From: an uncultured Holophagales bacterium
GTDB taxonomy: Bacteria; Acidobacteriota; Thermoanaerobaculia; Multivoradales; UBA5704
Assembly (NCBI GenBank): GCA_963842525.1
Contig: CAWJGT010000009.1
Span: 352,001 to 416,000 of the forward strand
Reading direction: 5' to 3'
DNA: 64,000 nucleotides
Shown here: piece after piece, positions 41,249 to 54,678 of the stretch
Layout of the letters: every line of letters starts with the position of its first letter
Position numbering within the stretch: position 1 is the first letter of the stretch
Made by a program: the position numbers and the translations under genes
The notes under the pieces: model-generated
What the model was told of the DNA's origin: nothing
Databases searched by the model: none
What the model saw: the letters and a program-made list of their open reading frames with translations, nothing else

Positions 41249-42266
41249 TGCCGGAGCGCGCGGCGTGAGCCCGCCCCGGCTGGGCTTCGTCGGCCTGGGG
41301 TGGATCGGCGCCATGCGGCTGGAGGCGCTCGCCGGCGCGGGCGCAGGCGAGGTGGCCGCGCTCTGCGACGCGGTTCCGGGACGGCTGGAGTCGGTCGCCC
41401 GGGCGCATCCGGGGGCGCGCTGCTTCGAGGGCTTCGAGGAGATGATCGCGCGCGCCGGCGACCTCCAGCTCGACGGCCTGGTCATTGCCACTCCCAACTC
41501 CCTCCATGCTCCGCAGGCCCTGGCGGCCCTCGACGCCGGCCTCGCCGTGTTCTGCCAGAAGCCGCTGGCCCTCAACGCCCGCGAGGCACGCGAGATGGTG
41601 GGCACGGCGCGGCGGGCCGACCGCCTGCTGGGCGTGGACTACTCGTACCGCTTCACGGACGGCGCCCGCCGGCTGCGCGAGCGCATCGCGGCCGGAGCGC
41701 TGGGCCGGGTCTTCAGCCTCGATACGGTCTTCCACAACGCCTACGGGCCGGACAAACCCTGGTGCTTCGATCCCAAGCTCTCGGGCGGCGGCGCGCTGAT
41801 GGACCTCGGCGTCCATCTGATCGACCTCGCCCTCTGGCTGTTGGACGATCCCAAGGTGCGGGCCGTGCAGGGGAGCGCGTTCCGCAACGGCGAGCCGCTC
41901 GACGGCCTGGACGGCGGAGGGATCGACGACTTTGCGAGCGCGCGGGTGGAGCTGGAAGGGGGAGCCCTGGTCTCGCTGGCGGTGAGCTGGAACGCCCACG
42001 CCGGCCAGGACTGCGTCATCCGCGCGACCCTGTTCGGCACCGGGGGTGGGGCCGAATTCCGCAACGTCGGGGGGAGCTTCTACGACTTCGAGGTGGCGCA
42101 TTTCGCCGGCCGCTCGACCGAGGTCGAGGTCCGCGAATCGCGCGACTGGCTGGGCAAGGCGATCCAGGACTGGGCGCGCCGCCTCGCTGCCGGTAACCGG
42201 TTCGATCCGGAGATCGAACGCAGCGTGGCCGTCAGCGAGGTCGTGGACTCAGTGTATGGGAGATGA
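41235..42266 (+). CDS. Gfo/Idh/MocA oxidoreductase
   Basis: GLGWIG, IATPNSLH, CQKPL and GGGALMDLGVH. Confidence 0.92.
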   Translation: MAGLDAGARGVSPPRLGFVGLGWIGAMRLEALAGAGAGEVAALCDAVPGRLESVARAHPGARCFEGFEEMIARAGDLQLDGLVIATPNSLHAPQALAALDAGLAVFCQKPLALNAREAREMVGTARRADRLLGVDYSYRFTDGARRLRERIAAGALGRVFSLDTVFHNAYGPDKPWCFDPKLSGGGALMDLGVHLIDLALWLLDDPKVRAVQGSAFRNGEPLDGLDGGGIDDFASARVELEGGALVSLAVSWNAHAGQDCVIRATLFGTGGGAEFRNVGGSFYDFEVAHFAGRSTEVEVRESRDWLGKAIQDWARRLAAGNRFDPEIERSVAVSEVVDSVYGR

Positions 42267-42925
42267 GGGCTCATCCCGGATGAACAGGTATTCCTGGATG
42301 CCGTGCCGGAGCAGGAACGAGCGGTCCACCTGGAAGCCGCCCATGGCCTGGTTGAGCTCCGCCGGAGCGAAGCGCGGCCCGGGGCGTTCGACCGTGGTGC
42401 GCCGCTCATAGAGGAGCTGTTCCGGGCTCTGGATGCGGAAGCGGATCGGCTGCGCCGGAATCGTCTTGTGGATCCAGATCAGGGCGAAGACGAGAGCGCC
42501 CGGCCGGCACAGCCGCCGCAGCTCCGAGGCCAGGTACCTCAGCTCCTTGCGGCTGAGATAGTTGTACAGGTCCCACGCGAAGACGATGTCGTACACCGTC
42601 CCCTCGGGCACCGCCAGGAGCTGCGAGAAGAAGTCGGGGCCGCAGCTCCCCCGCCGCCGCCGCCCTCGGCCGCGGACGACCGCGAGGCGTAGAGGTCCTC
42701 GATCGACAGCTTGCAGCCGAACTGTGAAAGGTATTCGACGTTGCTGCCGACCGCCGAGCCGAGGTCCAGGATGTTGAGCTTCGGCCGCCGCCCCATCGCA
42801 TCGAAGAGGGAGGGCAGGGCGAGCGAGCGGTGGACCTCCGGCTCGGCTTCGGTCTGCGTCGCGGCGCCCGGCCTGCCTGCCGGCTCCCGGTCCTTGCGTT
42901 GGCTGCGGAACGGGAACCAGCTCAT
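42249..42925 (-). CDS. Class I SAM-methyltransferase-like protein (frameshift near 42650)
   Basis: ILDLGS, YDIVFAWDLYNYL and LCRPGA; ATGA-coupled to bactofilin. Confidence 0.65.
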
Positions 42926-43500
42926 GCCGGGCGGGCCATCCCCACCGGGCTGTCCCCCGTCCGTCCGTCCGCCGGAGCCGGGGTGGGCGCGCTGGCGATC
43001 CGGCTCTGCTCGGGCCTCGATTCAGGCCGCGAGTCCGGCCTCGCCTCGGGCCGCGCCGGGCTCGGCCGGACGGCGTCCTTCGGCTCCATGTCGATGCTCC
43101 CCTTGAAGCGGGAGCCGTCCTCCAGCACCACCCGCGGCGACGTGATGTTGCCGCGCACCGCGCCCGACTGACGGACGATCGCCTGCTCCTGCGCGAAGAC
43201 GTTGCCGTCCACCTCCCCCTCGATCATCACGACCCGGCCGAAGACGTCGGCCCGGACGCGGCCGTTGCGGCCCACCGTCACGTTGTTCTGCTTGAGGTCC
43301 ACCTTGCCCTCGACGCGGCCCTCGATCACGAGGTCCTCTTCGCCGGTCAGGTCGCCCTTGATGAAAATGGAGGGACCGATCGTGGCCCGGTCCGAGGTCC
43401 GGCGTGGCGCCTCGGGAGACGGGGCCGGAGCCGCAGGGCGGGGAGCCGCAGCCGGCTCGGCAGGGGTGTAGGTGGGGGGATCGTCCTTCTTCCAAGCCAT
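42922..43500 (-). CDS. Bactofilin (polymer-forming cytoskeletal protein)
   Basis: TIGPSIFIKGDLTGEEDLVIEGRVEG...GSRFKGSIDM beta-helix flanked by Pro-rich tails. Confidence 0.93.
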   Translation of the reverse strand: MAWKKDDPPTYTPAEPAAAPRPAAPAPSPEAPRRTSDRATIGPSIFIKGDLTGEEDLVIEGRVEGKVDLKQNNVTVGRNGRVRADVFGRVVMIEGEVDGNVFAQEQAIVRQSGAVRGNITSPRVVLEDGSRFKGSIDMEPKDAVRPSPARPEARPDSRPESRPEQSRIASAPTPAPADGRTGDSPVGMARPA

Positions 43501-43608
43501 GGAACTTCTCCTTCTACGTCAGACGTGGTATCAGCAGGGTAGGGTCGTGGAAGAGAGAAGTCAAGGTTTAAATAGCAATTCGCCTATACATTAGCTGCGG
43601 GAGTGGAA

Positions 43609-44038
43609 TCACCCCGCCAGGCGGGCGTTCAACGTGATCTCGACGCCGGCCAGAGCCTGGGAGACGGGGCATCCTTCCTTGGCCTTTTTCGCGTGCTCCT
43701 GGAAGGCGGCCTCGTCGAGGCCCGGTACCGCGGACTCGTTGTCGAGCTCGATGCGGGTGATCTTGAATCCCTCGCCGACCTTCTCGAGGTGGACCTTGGC
43801 GGAGGTGGCGACCCGCGTCGGGGTATGGCCCGCGCGGCCGAGCCCGGCCGACAGCGCCATCGAGAAGCAGCCGGCGTGGGCGGCGCCGATGCAGCTCCTC
43901 CGGATTGGTGCCTTTGGCCTCCTCGAAGCGCGAGCCGAACGAATAGGGCCCTTCGTACGCGCCGCTGCCCAGCGCGACCTTTCCGTGCCCTTCCTTGAGA
44001 CTCCCTTCCCAGACGGCGTTGGCTGTGCGTACCGGCAT
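43609..44038 (-). CDS. osmC: OsmC peroxiredoxin (frameshift near 43890)
   Basis: A.WEGSLKEG.G, YSFGSRFE, GTNPEEL / AAHAGCFSMAL and CPVSQAL. Confidence 0.9.
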
Positions 44039-44052
44039 GACGTTCCTCCCTC

Positions 44053-44490
44053 TTATTCTTTCTTTTCGTTCTTGTGTTTGTCCGGTTCGGCGGCTCGGAA
44101 GACGAGCTTGGTGCCCGGCGGGAGCTCGCGGAGGCGCGTGATCTCGACGGCCCGATCCGCGTCCCAATCCACGTGCAGATCGAATTCGACGACATCGCTG
44201 GGGGCGATCCCGTCCAGCGAGACCCCTTCGGCCACAGCGAAAGGCATGTTCATGGGGTCCATGCCCTCCACCTCCCCGCTCTGCCCCACGAAATCGTCCA
44301 CGGCCTCGTGACTGATGTAGAGGCCGGACCCGGGGCTGCTCGGATCGGGGAGCTGCGTCACCTGGCCGCGCACGGTGTAGGTGCGCCCCCCCTCCGCCGA
44401 GGCGGTTTTCTGCTCCCCGCAGCCCGCAACGGCCAGAAGAGCGAGCGCCAGGAATGCGATGCTGGCCAGGGTTTCGAGCCTCGTCTTCAT
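44053..44490 (-). CDS. CusF-like copper-binding lipoprotein
   Basis: Lipobox VAGC, and ISHE...MDPMNMPF His/Met motif. Confidence 0.75.
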   Translation of the reverse strand: MKTRLETLASIAFLALALLAVAGCGEQKTASAEGGRTYTVRGQVTQLPDPSSPGSGLYISHEAVDDFVGQSGEVEGMDPMNMPFAVAEGVSLDGIAPSDVVEFDLHVDWDADRAVEITRLRELPPGTKLVFRAAEPDKHKNEKKE

Positions 44491-44556
44491 GGCAGGCGGG
44501 ATCGTAGCACGGGCACATGGCTTGATATGGTTCTGCCGGAGGCGAGAGGAGGAGCG

Positions 44557-46209
44557 ATGAGCGAGAAACGGGGCGACGGGCAGGAGCTGCGGCTGGGCCG
44601 GTGGAGCGAGGTGGTGGAGGCGCGCCTGCGCCGGTGGGAGGCGGAAGATTTCGGACGGCGGCTCTGGGCGAAGGACCACACGCTCTGGTCGCCCGAGCCG
44701 GTCCCCGAGCTGACCGACCGGCTGGGGTGGCTCGAGCTGCCGGACACCATGCCGTCGCAGATCGACGAGCTCGAACGCTTCGCCGCCGGGGTCCGCGACG
44801 AGGGGTTTCAGGAGGCGGTCGTGCTGGGCATGGGCGGCTCCAGCCTGGCGCCTGAAGTGTTCGCCCGCACCTTCGGCGCGGCTCCCGGTCATCCGGCCCT
44901 CTCGGTGCTCGACTCCACCCATCCGGACGCCGTGACCGAGGCGGCTGCGCGGCTCGATCCGGAACGGACGCTCTTCCTGGTCTCCAGCAAGTCGGGAACG
45001 ACGACCGAGACGAGCTCTCTGTTCCGCTACTTCTGGGAGAAGACCGGCGGCGCCGGCCGGTGCTTCGCGGCGATCACCGACCCCGGTACGCCGCTGGAGC
45101 GGCTGGCGCGCGAGCGTGGCTTTCGCGCCGTGTTCCACGCACCCGATGAGGTCGGCGGACGCTACAGCGCCCTCACCACGTTCGGCCTGGTGCCGGCGGC
45201 CCTGCTCGGCATCGACCTGCGGCGCCTGCTCGACCGCGCCCGGTCGATGGCCGGAGCGTACGGGCCCGGCCTGCGCCTGGGCGCCGCCCTGGGCGAGCTG
45301 GCCCGGGCCGGCCGCGACAAGCTGACCTTCCTCACTACGCCGGGCTTGGCGTCCTTCCCCGCCTGGATCGAGCAGCTCGTGGCCGAGAGCACCGGCAAGC
45401 ACGGCCAGGGAATCGTGCCGGTGGTCGGCGAGCCGCCGGGCGGGCTGGACCGCTATGGCGACGACCGGATCTTCGTCGCGCTGCTTCTCGCCGGGGAGAG
45501 CGACGCCCAGGAGGAGCGGCTCGCCGCTCTCGAGGCGGCCGGCCACCCGGTCGCGCGGTTCCGGCTCTCCGATCCCTACGATCTGGGCCGCGAGATCTTC
45601 CGCTGGGAGGTTGCGACCGCGGCCGCCGGCGCCGTCCTCGGGATCAACCCCTTCGACCAGCCGGACGTGCAGCTCGCCAAGGAGCTGGCCGGGCAGGCGA
45701 TGAAGGAGCGCGGGCGCGGCGCGGCCCCGTCCTCCTCACCCGAGGCGGCCGCCACGGACGCCGGGGCGCTCGGCCGCGCCCTGCAGGACTGGCTCGCCGG
45801 CACGTCCGCCGTGGACTACCTGGGCATCCACGCCTACCTGCCGGCGTCCACTCCGGTGACCGAGGCGCTCCACAACATGCAGGGCACGCTCCGCGACCGC
45901 ACCCGTTGCGCCGTGACGGCCGGTTACGGCCCGCGGTTCCTCCACTCGACCGGTCAGCTTCACAAGGGCGGCCCGGCCGGTGGCCGCTTCCTCCAGATCG
46001 TCGACGACACCGGCGACCGGGTGCCGGTGCCCGAGACCGACTACAGCTTCGGCGTGCTGGTCCGAGCCCAGGCGAATGGCGACCGGCAGGCCCTGGAGCA
46101 GCGGGGGCGCAAGGTCCTGCGCGTCGCCCTGGGAGCCGGCGTGCCGGCGGTGCAGGAGGGGCTCCAGACCCTGGTGAGCCTGCTGGCGGGCTCGGCGGAG
46201 CGACCGTGA
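44557..46209 (+). CDS. pgi: Glucose-6-phosphate isomerase (Tal-Pgi-type PGI domain)
   Basis: GMGGSSL, SSKSGTT, VGGRYS, EQLVAESTGK, NPFDQPDV and HSTGQLHKGG. Confidence 0.92.
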   Translation: MSEKRGDGQELRLGRWSEVVEARLRRWEAEDFGRRLWAKDHTLWSPEPVPELTDRLGWLELPDTMPSQIDELERFAAGVRDEGFQEAVVLGMGGSSLAPEVFARTFGAAPGHPALSVLDSTHPDAVTEAAARLDPERTLFLVSSKSGTTTETSSLFRYFWEKTGGAGRCFAAITDPGTPLERLARERGFRAVFHAPDEVGGRYSALTTFGLVPAALLGIDLRRLLDRARSMAGAYGPGLRLGAALGELARAGRDKLTFLTTPGLASFPAWIEQLVAESTGKHGQGIVPVVGEPPGGLDRYGDDRIFVALLLAGESDAQEERLAALEAAGHPVARFRLSDPYDLGREIFRWEVATAAAGAVLGINPFDQPDVQLAKELAGQAMKERGRGAAPSSSPEAAATDAGALGRALQDWLAGTSAVDYLGIHAYLPASTPVTEALHNMQGTLRDRTRCAVTAGYGPRFLHSTGQLHKGGPAGGRFLQIVDDTGDRVPVPETDYSFGVLVRAQANGDRQALEQRGRKVLRVALGAGVPAVQEGLQTLVSLLAGSAERP

Positions 46210-47207
46210 TCCTGGCCGGGGACATCGGCGGCACCAAGACGAACATCGGCCTCTTCGAGGTCCAGGAGGGCCGGCCGCACCTGGTCAGGGCCGAGACCTA
46301 TGTGAGCGAGGAGCACGCGGGGCTCGCGGCCCTGGTGTCGGCGTTCCTGGCGGAGCATCCGGAGGCGCGGATCGAGGCAGCGTGCTTCGGGGTCCCCGGC
46401 GCGGTCCTCGACAACCGGGCCGTGACGCCGAACCTCTCCTGGGACGTCGACGGCGACCGGGTCGCCGCCGAGACGGGCATCCCCCGGGTCGTGCTGATCA
46501 ATGACCTGGTGGCTACGGCGGAGGGGATCCCCCTCCTGGAGGAGGACGAGCTCGCCACCCTCCAGACGGGCGTGCCGGACGCCCCGGGGCGGGAGGGGAA
46601 CCGGGCCCTGATCGCCGCCGGGACCGGGCTCGGCACGGCGCTGCTGCCGCGGATCGGCGACCGCTGGGTGCCTGTCCCTTCCGAGGGAGGGCACGCCGAT
46701 TTCGCTCCCCGCAACGAGGACGAGATCGGCCTGCTGCGTTCCCTGCGGGAGCGCTTCGGGCGGGTGAGCGTCGAGCGTGTGATCTCGGGCCCCGGCCTCT
46801 TCAATATCTACAGCTTTCTGCGCGATACCCAGCACGTCCAGGGCAACCCGCGGGTGCAACAGGCCCTGGCCGAGGGCGAGGACCCGGCGCGGGTGATCGG
46901 CGAAGCGGCGCTCGCCGCCGACCCGGAGGCGCGCTGCGGCCTCTGCTCACGGGCCCTGGAGATCTTCGTCGCCGTCTATGGCGCCACGGCGGGCAACCTG
47001 GCGCTGCTCGGCACGGCCACGGGCGGGGTCTACGTCGGCGGCGGCATCGCGCCGAAGATCCTGGCGCGCCTGCAGGACGGGCTCTTCGTGCAGACCTTCG
47101 TGGCCAAAGGGAGATACACACCCTACCTGGAACGGGTCCCGGTGCGCGTCATCCTGAACGACCGCGCGGCGCTGCTCGGCGCGGCGCGGCGGGCCGCGGC
47201 GCTGTAA
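46206..47207 (+). CDS. glk: Glucokinase
   Basis: ILAGDIGGTKT, LIND, GTGLG, SEGGH and GGGIAPK; GTGA overlap with pgi. Confidence 0.93.
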   Translation: MILAGDIGGTKTNIGLFEVQEGRPHLVRAETYVSEEHAGLAALVSAFLAEHPEARIEAACFGVPGAVLDNRAVTPNLSWDVDGDRVAAETGIPRVVLINDLVATAEGIPLLEEDELATLQTGVPDAPGREGNRALIAAGTGLGTALLPRIGDRWVPVPSEGGHADFAPRNEDEIGLLRSLRERFGRVSVERVISGPGLFNIYSFLRDTQHVQGNPRVQQALAEGEDPARVIGEAALAADPEARCGLCSRALEIFVAVYGATAGNLALLGTATGGVYVGGGIAPKILARLQDGLFVQTFVAKGRYTPYLERVPVRVILNDRAALLGAARRAAAL

Positions 47208-47357
47208 GCCCTCTCCCCCCGCCCCCCTCTCCCGTGCGGCCTGCCACTCCCCACCCCGAACGGGAGAGGGGGAAAACCAAGAATTGGGTGGAGGCGCCCC
47301 TCTCCCGCTCGGGGTGGGGGAGGGGTGGCCGCGCGGGGGAGGGGTCGGGGGAGGGGG
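47208..47357. repeat. REP-like composite palindromic element between convergent genes
   Basis: Two CCCTCTCCC...GGG(A/G)GAGGG hairpin units, plus an outer CCCTCTCCCCC / GGGGGAGGGG inverted repeat. Confidence 0.7.
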
Positions 47358-47561
47358 CCAAAAAGCGGCAGCCCCTGGACAAAAAAAGAGACGGCGCATA
47401 GGGCCGTCTGGGAATGGGGAGGTTCTGTTCGATCCGCTTCTTCTGCATTCGCGATGCCAGGGCTTTTTCTGACGGGGAAGGAAGGCGGCAGCTTCCTGAA
47501 CCGGCGCTCCTGGCGTCCTCCTCCGGGCATGATCGGCCAAAAAGGCACGGTGCGGGCGCTG

Positions 47562-49185
47562 TCACTCCTGCGGCGTCTGCATGCCCGCGGGCGCATCCGC
47601 GCCGCGGTGGCTTCCCGGAGTACAGCCCAGAGGGCCGGTGGCGGGTTGCCAGTACTCGGGTTTCCAGAACGGCACATTGTCGAAGCCCCCATGGGTCTGG
47701 GGGTGACATTTCTCGACGGCCGAGCCGAAGTCGAAGGCCTTGATGTGGACCCGGTCCCGGATCTCGGCCGGTGTCCGGTCGACCTCGCGGAGCAGGTTGA
47801 AGATCCGGCCCGCGGTACGGTCGAGGCGGTAGCGGGGGTCCTCCAGGAAGTTGTCGATCCAGACGAGCAGCGAGCCGCGCGGGGCGACCTCGAACCACGG
47901 CCAGTGACGCTCCAGGAATTCGGCCCGCTCCTGCAGGGTCAGGTGGTAGATCCGGGTCTCCCTGTGGGCCGGGTTCATCATGTAGGGGAAGATCGTGTCC
48001 TGGTAGTCGTCCAGGCTGCACGCCGCCGCCATGTAGACGATGTTCTTGACATGGAGCTGCGGGAAGTGCCGGAGTGCGTTGTTGAGGATGATCGCCCCCA
48101 TGCTGTGGCCGATGATGGTCAGCTCCAGATCGGGATGAGCGCTCTGGACGGACAGGAGCTTGCGGAAGAAGGGGGAGAGCGGGCCGTCGCCGGTGGCGCC
48201 CTGGAGGACCTCCGGAGTCCCGGGGTACCTCGGCTGCCTCTCCTTGTTCGAACAAGATACTCGTCCGCCTGTTCAGGATCTCCCAGGCGGGCTGGCCGAG
48301 GCCCTCAACGAGAGGCGTGGTGATGATCTTGGTGAACCCGATGGGGAACCAGCTCATGGCATCCGCCGCCTTACGGCCTCCCGAGCGGCGGTCCACGCCC
48401 ACGTAGATGTCGAGGGGAATCTCTCCGGCCTCGTACCTCCTCAGGGCGTCTTTCCAGTCGTTGTCCCTCCGCGCGGAGGCGGCGTCGAACAGCTCCTCTG
48501 TCCCGGAGCTGGGCAGGCTGGCATAGGCGGAGATCAGGTCCTCGGCGAAGACGAAGGGAGAGGTCAGCTTGGCGGTCCTGCCCTTGATCTGCCCTTGGCG
48601 GACCCGGAACAGGTGGTCGCGATAGTTGGAACGGAGGGAGGAGCTCCAGTTGATGAAAATGGGGTAGAAGTCGTCCTCCACACACTCTTTCTTTTCTCCG
48701 GTCCTTTTCCTGACTTCGTCGCAGGCGAGGAGGCCCTCCTCCCGCTGGAGAGTCGGCCCGATGTCGTTGAGGCCGCCGTGGAGGTAGATCATCACCTGTC
48801 TCTTGCCCGAGGCGAGGAGGCCCTGGAAGACCAAGTCGAGGTGCTCCTCGTACTCATCGCAGTGCTCGGGCTGGAAAAAGCGGCTGGGGAGGAGGCCTCT
48901 CCAGGAGTTGACGACCGCCGGCGTTCCATCGTCCTGGTGGGGTCCCGTCGCCGTTGAAACCGATTCGGCGATCCCGCAGGGCACCTCCTCGTCGTCCTTC
49001 TTCTCCCTCGGCTCTCCCTTGATGGGAAACGAGTCGATGTGCACTGGTTGCCCTTCCCCGGAGTACATCAGGGTGTGGGGTCTGTAGATGGTTGCTGTCT
49101 GCGTCTTGAGCGCGCTGCATCCGCTGGCCGCTAGGACGAGCAGAACCAAGGACAGAGGTCTGGACGAGGACGACAGGAATTCCAT
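47562..49185 (-). CDS. Alpha/beta-hydrolase-fold lipoprotein (frameshift near 48200)
   Basis: Lipobox ASGC, YLHGGLN oxyanion-type motif, GHSMG nucleophile elbow and terminal HGGF. Confidence 0.7.
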
Positions 49186-49279
49186 GGGCGATCTCCTCCG
49201 GAAGGGAGAGATGCGACAGCTTTCAAGCCGGCACACTCCGATCTATTGGACGGACGAGACCGCCGGAATCGCGAAAGGT

Positions 49280-49402
49280 TCAGCTTTTCAGATGCCTGGC
49301 CAGGAACGCCGTGGTCTTCTGCCAGGGCATCCTGGGCCGCGGCGTTGTAGTTGCCGCCCGAGGGGTTGGCGAAGGCGTGGTCGGCATCGTCGTAGATGGA
49401 TC
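49280..49402 (-). pseudogene. C-terminal remnant of a dienelactone hydrolase
   Basis: Translates as IYDDADHAFANPSGGNYNAAA..(shift)WQKTTAFLARHLKS*; no start codon or upstream part. Confidence 0.7.
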
Positions 49403-49404
49403 TG

Positions 49405-51479
<2,075 letters not shown>

Positions 51480-51483
<4 letters not shown>

Positions 51484-53072
51484 CGGCCTCCTCCGCCCCC
51501 TTCGGACACGACGCGCACGAGGCTGTAGTCGTGCGCCGGCACCAGGCCGCGCGCCTCCACCTGCGGCAGGCCCCGGACGCCCGCGCGGTAGACCAGGATC
51601 CGGACCCCTTCGGCCAGCGGTGCAATCGGCAGGTCGCGGGCGAGGATCCGCTGCGCCCGGAAGTAGGCGCGGGCGCGCCGCGACAGGTCGACCGACCGTG
51701 CCCCCTCCGCCAGCGCCGCGTCGAGCTCCGGGCTCTCGTAGCCCATGAACTGTGTGGGTCCGCGCGAGCCGAAGCGGACGTTCAGGTTCTCGGGATCGGG
51801 GCCCTGGCTGCCGGCGATCACCGCCAGGTCGAAGTCGTGCCGCGTCAGGATGCGCTCCAGCACCTGGTCCAGGGGCAGCAGGATGGGACGGACCTCGATA
51901 CCCACGGTCCGGAGCTGCTCGCGCAGCACCCCGGCGATCTCGGCATAGGGCGAGACCGAGGTGGTGACCAGATCGAGCTCGAGCCGGACCCCGTCCCGGC
52001 GCGGCGGCCATCCGGCTTCGTCGAGCAGCTCTCGGGCGCGGTCGCGGTCGAAGTCGGGCACGCGCGCGTCGCCGTTGTAGGCCCAGGCAATGGAGGGCGT
52101 ATAGAAGCCGAAAGCGGGCGCGCCATAGCCGTGGAGCGCCCGCCGCAGGATGTCGTGGCGGTCGATCGCCCGGTTGACCGCCTCGCGCACCCGCAGGTCC
52201 GCCAAGGGCCGGCGGCGCAGGTTGAACCCGCAATAGATGCGGGAATCGCTCATCGCATGGCTCACCCGCACCCGGCGGTCCTGCTCCAGGCGGGGGATCA
52301 GGCTCAGGGGAGGGCGGACAACCGTGAAGTCGACCCGTCCCGACAGGAGCATCTCGGGGATGCTTTGCGAATCACTGGAGAACGTATAGACGAGGCGGTC
52401 GAGCCAGGGGCCGGGCCGGTGGAAGGCGCGGTTGGGAACGAGCACGATGCGCTGGCCGCGCACCCACTGCCGCAGCTTGAACGGTCCGGTGCCGACCGGC
52501 TGACCCTCTCGTTCCTTCTGCCTGGGGCCCGCGAGGTGGCGGGGGAGGATGTGGCCGCCCGGCCCGGCGAGGTCGGTGAGGAACGGCGCCCAGGGCTCCT
52601 TCAGCCGGACCACCACCGTCGCCCGGTCCGGGCTCTCGATCCGATCGATCCGCCGCGCCGCCTCGGCGAGGAAGCCGGGTTGGGCGATCAGGTGCTCCAG
52701 GGTCCAGACGACGTCGCCGGCCGTGAAGGGGGCGCCGTCGTGCCAGCGCACACCGTGGCGCAGGCGGAAGGTGTAGACGAGGCCTGCCGGGTCCACCGTC
52801 CAACTCTCCGCCAGGTCCGGAAGGAGACGGGAGTCGGCATCGAGGCCCACCAGGTGGCTGTAGAGGTTCTGCGCCAGGAGGAGGGCGGCCTCGTCGCGGT
52901 TCGATCCGGAGACCAGGCTCCGGGGCTCATAGGGCAGGACCACCCGCAGCTCGCCGCCTCCGCCCTTGACCGGCCGCAGGGGGACGGAGCCGCGCAGCCC
53001 CCAGCCGAGGGCGACCAGGAGGACCGCCAGAAGCGAGATACGGAGCCACCCTGTCGGGGTACGGATCTTCAT
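51480..53072 (-). CDS. ABC family 5 (peptide/nickel) extracellular solute-binding protein
   Basis: PDLAESW, YTFRLR.GVRWHDG.PFTA.DV, GTGPF and DLRVREA...AIDR. Confidence 0.9.
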
Positions 53073-53195
53073 CGATGTCTCAAACGGCCCGTCAGGCACA
53101 CGAAAGCTTGATGATTTCTGTGAGCAAGAAACGTGCCTCGCGGTCGACCTCCGGGAGAGGGGTGCCGGGCCGAAACACCATATACTGTGGGCTGC

Positions 53196-54077
53196 GTGAA
53201 AATCTTCTTCAAATCCCTGGCCGCCCTCCTCTTCCTGACCCTCGCGGTGTGGGCGATCCGCTCCGATTCGGTGCCGGAACGAGGAAGCGCGAGCGCGGCG
53301 CCGCTCGGTCCGGCACCTGCCGGAGGGGACGCCGATTGGCGCACCTCTCCCCTGTGGGACGACGGCAAGGCCGAGTTCTGCGCCTACGACGTCACCTGGG
53401 CCCGCTACGGCCACCGCTTCGACGGCCGCGCCCTGCTGGTCCTAGTCAAGGAGCCCTGGGCGCCGGACCTGGACGTCAAGGCGGATACGCCGCGGCAGAA
53501 CGGCTTCGAGGTGCTGAAGCTCAACCACAGCCGCGACGTGCCGACGGGCATGTACACCTACCACCAGATGGCGAGCGTCTTCGCCCGCCGCGACACGGGC
53601 GCCCTGCGCAAGATCGCCGCCACCAGCGCCGAGGCGTGCGGCGTCTCGACGGCCGAGATGGTGGGGGAGACGCTCGAGACCCGCTCCTACTTCGACGGCC
53701 AGGGGGACCGCTCGCAGCCCTGGCCGGCCGGCGCGCTTCCCGAGGACGGCCTCCCCCTGTTCCTGCGCAGCTACGTCGCAGCGCCGGCGCCTGCCACCCT
53801 GAACGTTTTCCCGTCGTTGATGCAGACCCGCTTTCCCGCGCTCGAGCCGGCGGCCTGGCGGGTCGAAAAAAAGACGGTTGATGACGGAATCGAGCTGCGC
53901 CTGACGAACGGCCCCGCCTGGCTCGCCTACACCTTCGAGGCCGCCCGCCCGCACCGCCTCCTCCGCTTCGAGCGCGAGGACGGCACGGTCTACCGCCTCG
54001 CCAAGTGCGAGCGCGTCGCCTATTGGGAGAAGCACAACCCGGGCGACGAGGCCTGGTGGCCGGAGCGGGCGCCGTAA
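53196..54077 (+). CDS. Conserved exported hypothetical protein
   Basis: N-terminal hydrophobic segment; WDDGKAE..RYG..VKAD..VLKLN..TG.Y.Y motif; typical codon bias. Confidence 0.7.
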   Translation: MKIFFKSLAALLFLTLAVWAIRSDSVPERGSASAAPLGPAPAGGDADWRTSPLWDDGKAEFCAYDVTWARYGHRFDGRALLVLVKEPWAPDLDVKADTPRQNGFEVLKLNHSRDVPTGMYTYHQMASVFARRDTGALRKIAATSAEACGVSTAEMVGETLETRSYFDGQGDRSQPWPAGALPEDGLPLFLRSYVAAPAPATLNVFPSLMQTRFPALEPAAWRVEKKTVDDGIELRLTNGPAWLAYTFEAARPHRLLRFEREDGTVYRLAKCERVAYWEKHNPGDEAWWPERAP

Positions 54078-54091
54078 CGGAACAGGTCTTT

Positions 54092-54515
54092 TCAGCTCTT
54101 CGCGGGAGGCGCCCCGCCGAACTCGTCCACGAGCTGGCGCAGCCGCGCCAGGAAGCTCCCGCAGCGCCTTCCGGCTGTCGTCGCTGCCCGGCGCCCCTTC
54201 AGTCAACGTGCTCGGGTCCACCGCATAGGGCGCAGGGTGGAGCTGCTGGAGCCCGCCCATCATCTTCCCGCGGCCCGGCATCGGCCCGATGCGCCGGGGA
54301 AACACCGCCTGGAAAAAGCTGTCCGCCGGCAGGTCGAGGATGCGGCACACCTCCAGCACGTGCCGCACCCGTAGCTTCACCTTCCCGCCGAAGATCCGCG
54401 ACAGATAGCCGGTGCTCAGGCCCATCTCCCGCTCGATGATCCGGTGCGATACGCCGCTCAGGCGCACCGCTGTCCGCAACGCCTCCGTGATGCGGCCGAT
54501 CTCCTCTTCCGTCAT
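54092..54515 (-). CDS. XRE-family helix-turn-helix regulator (probable frameshift near 3' end)
   Basis: LRTAVRLSGVSHRIIEREMGLSTGYLSRIFGG..L...VL; TATACT 7 nt upstream of ATG. Confidence 0.8.
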
Positions 54516-54678
54516 GCCTGGAAGTATACCCAGGACACCGGCAAGTTTCCATGGTCCGCGACACTGGCTCCCGATGATTGACAATAAAGTCAGCGATGCT
54601 GATGATGAAGCCGCCGTCGTCGTGGCGGTACGGAACGTCCCCGCGGCCGGGGACGCCGGACTTCATTCCAGAGGAGGG

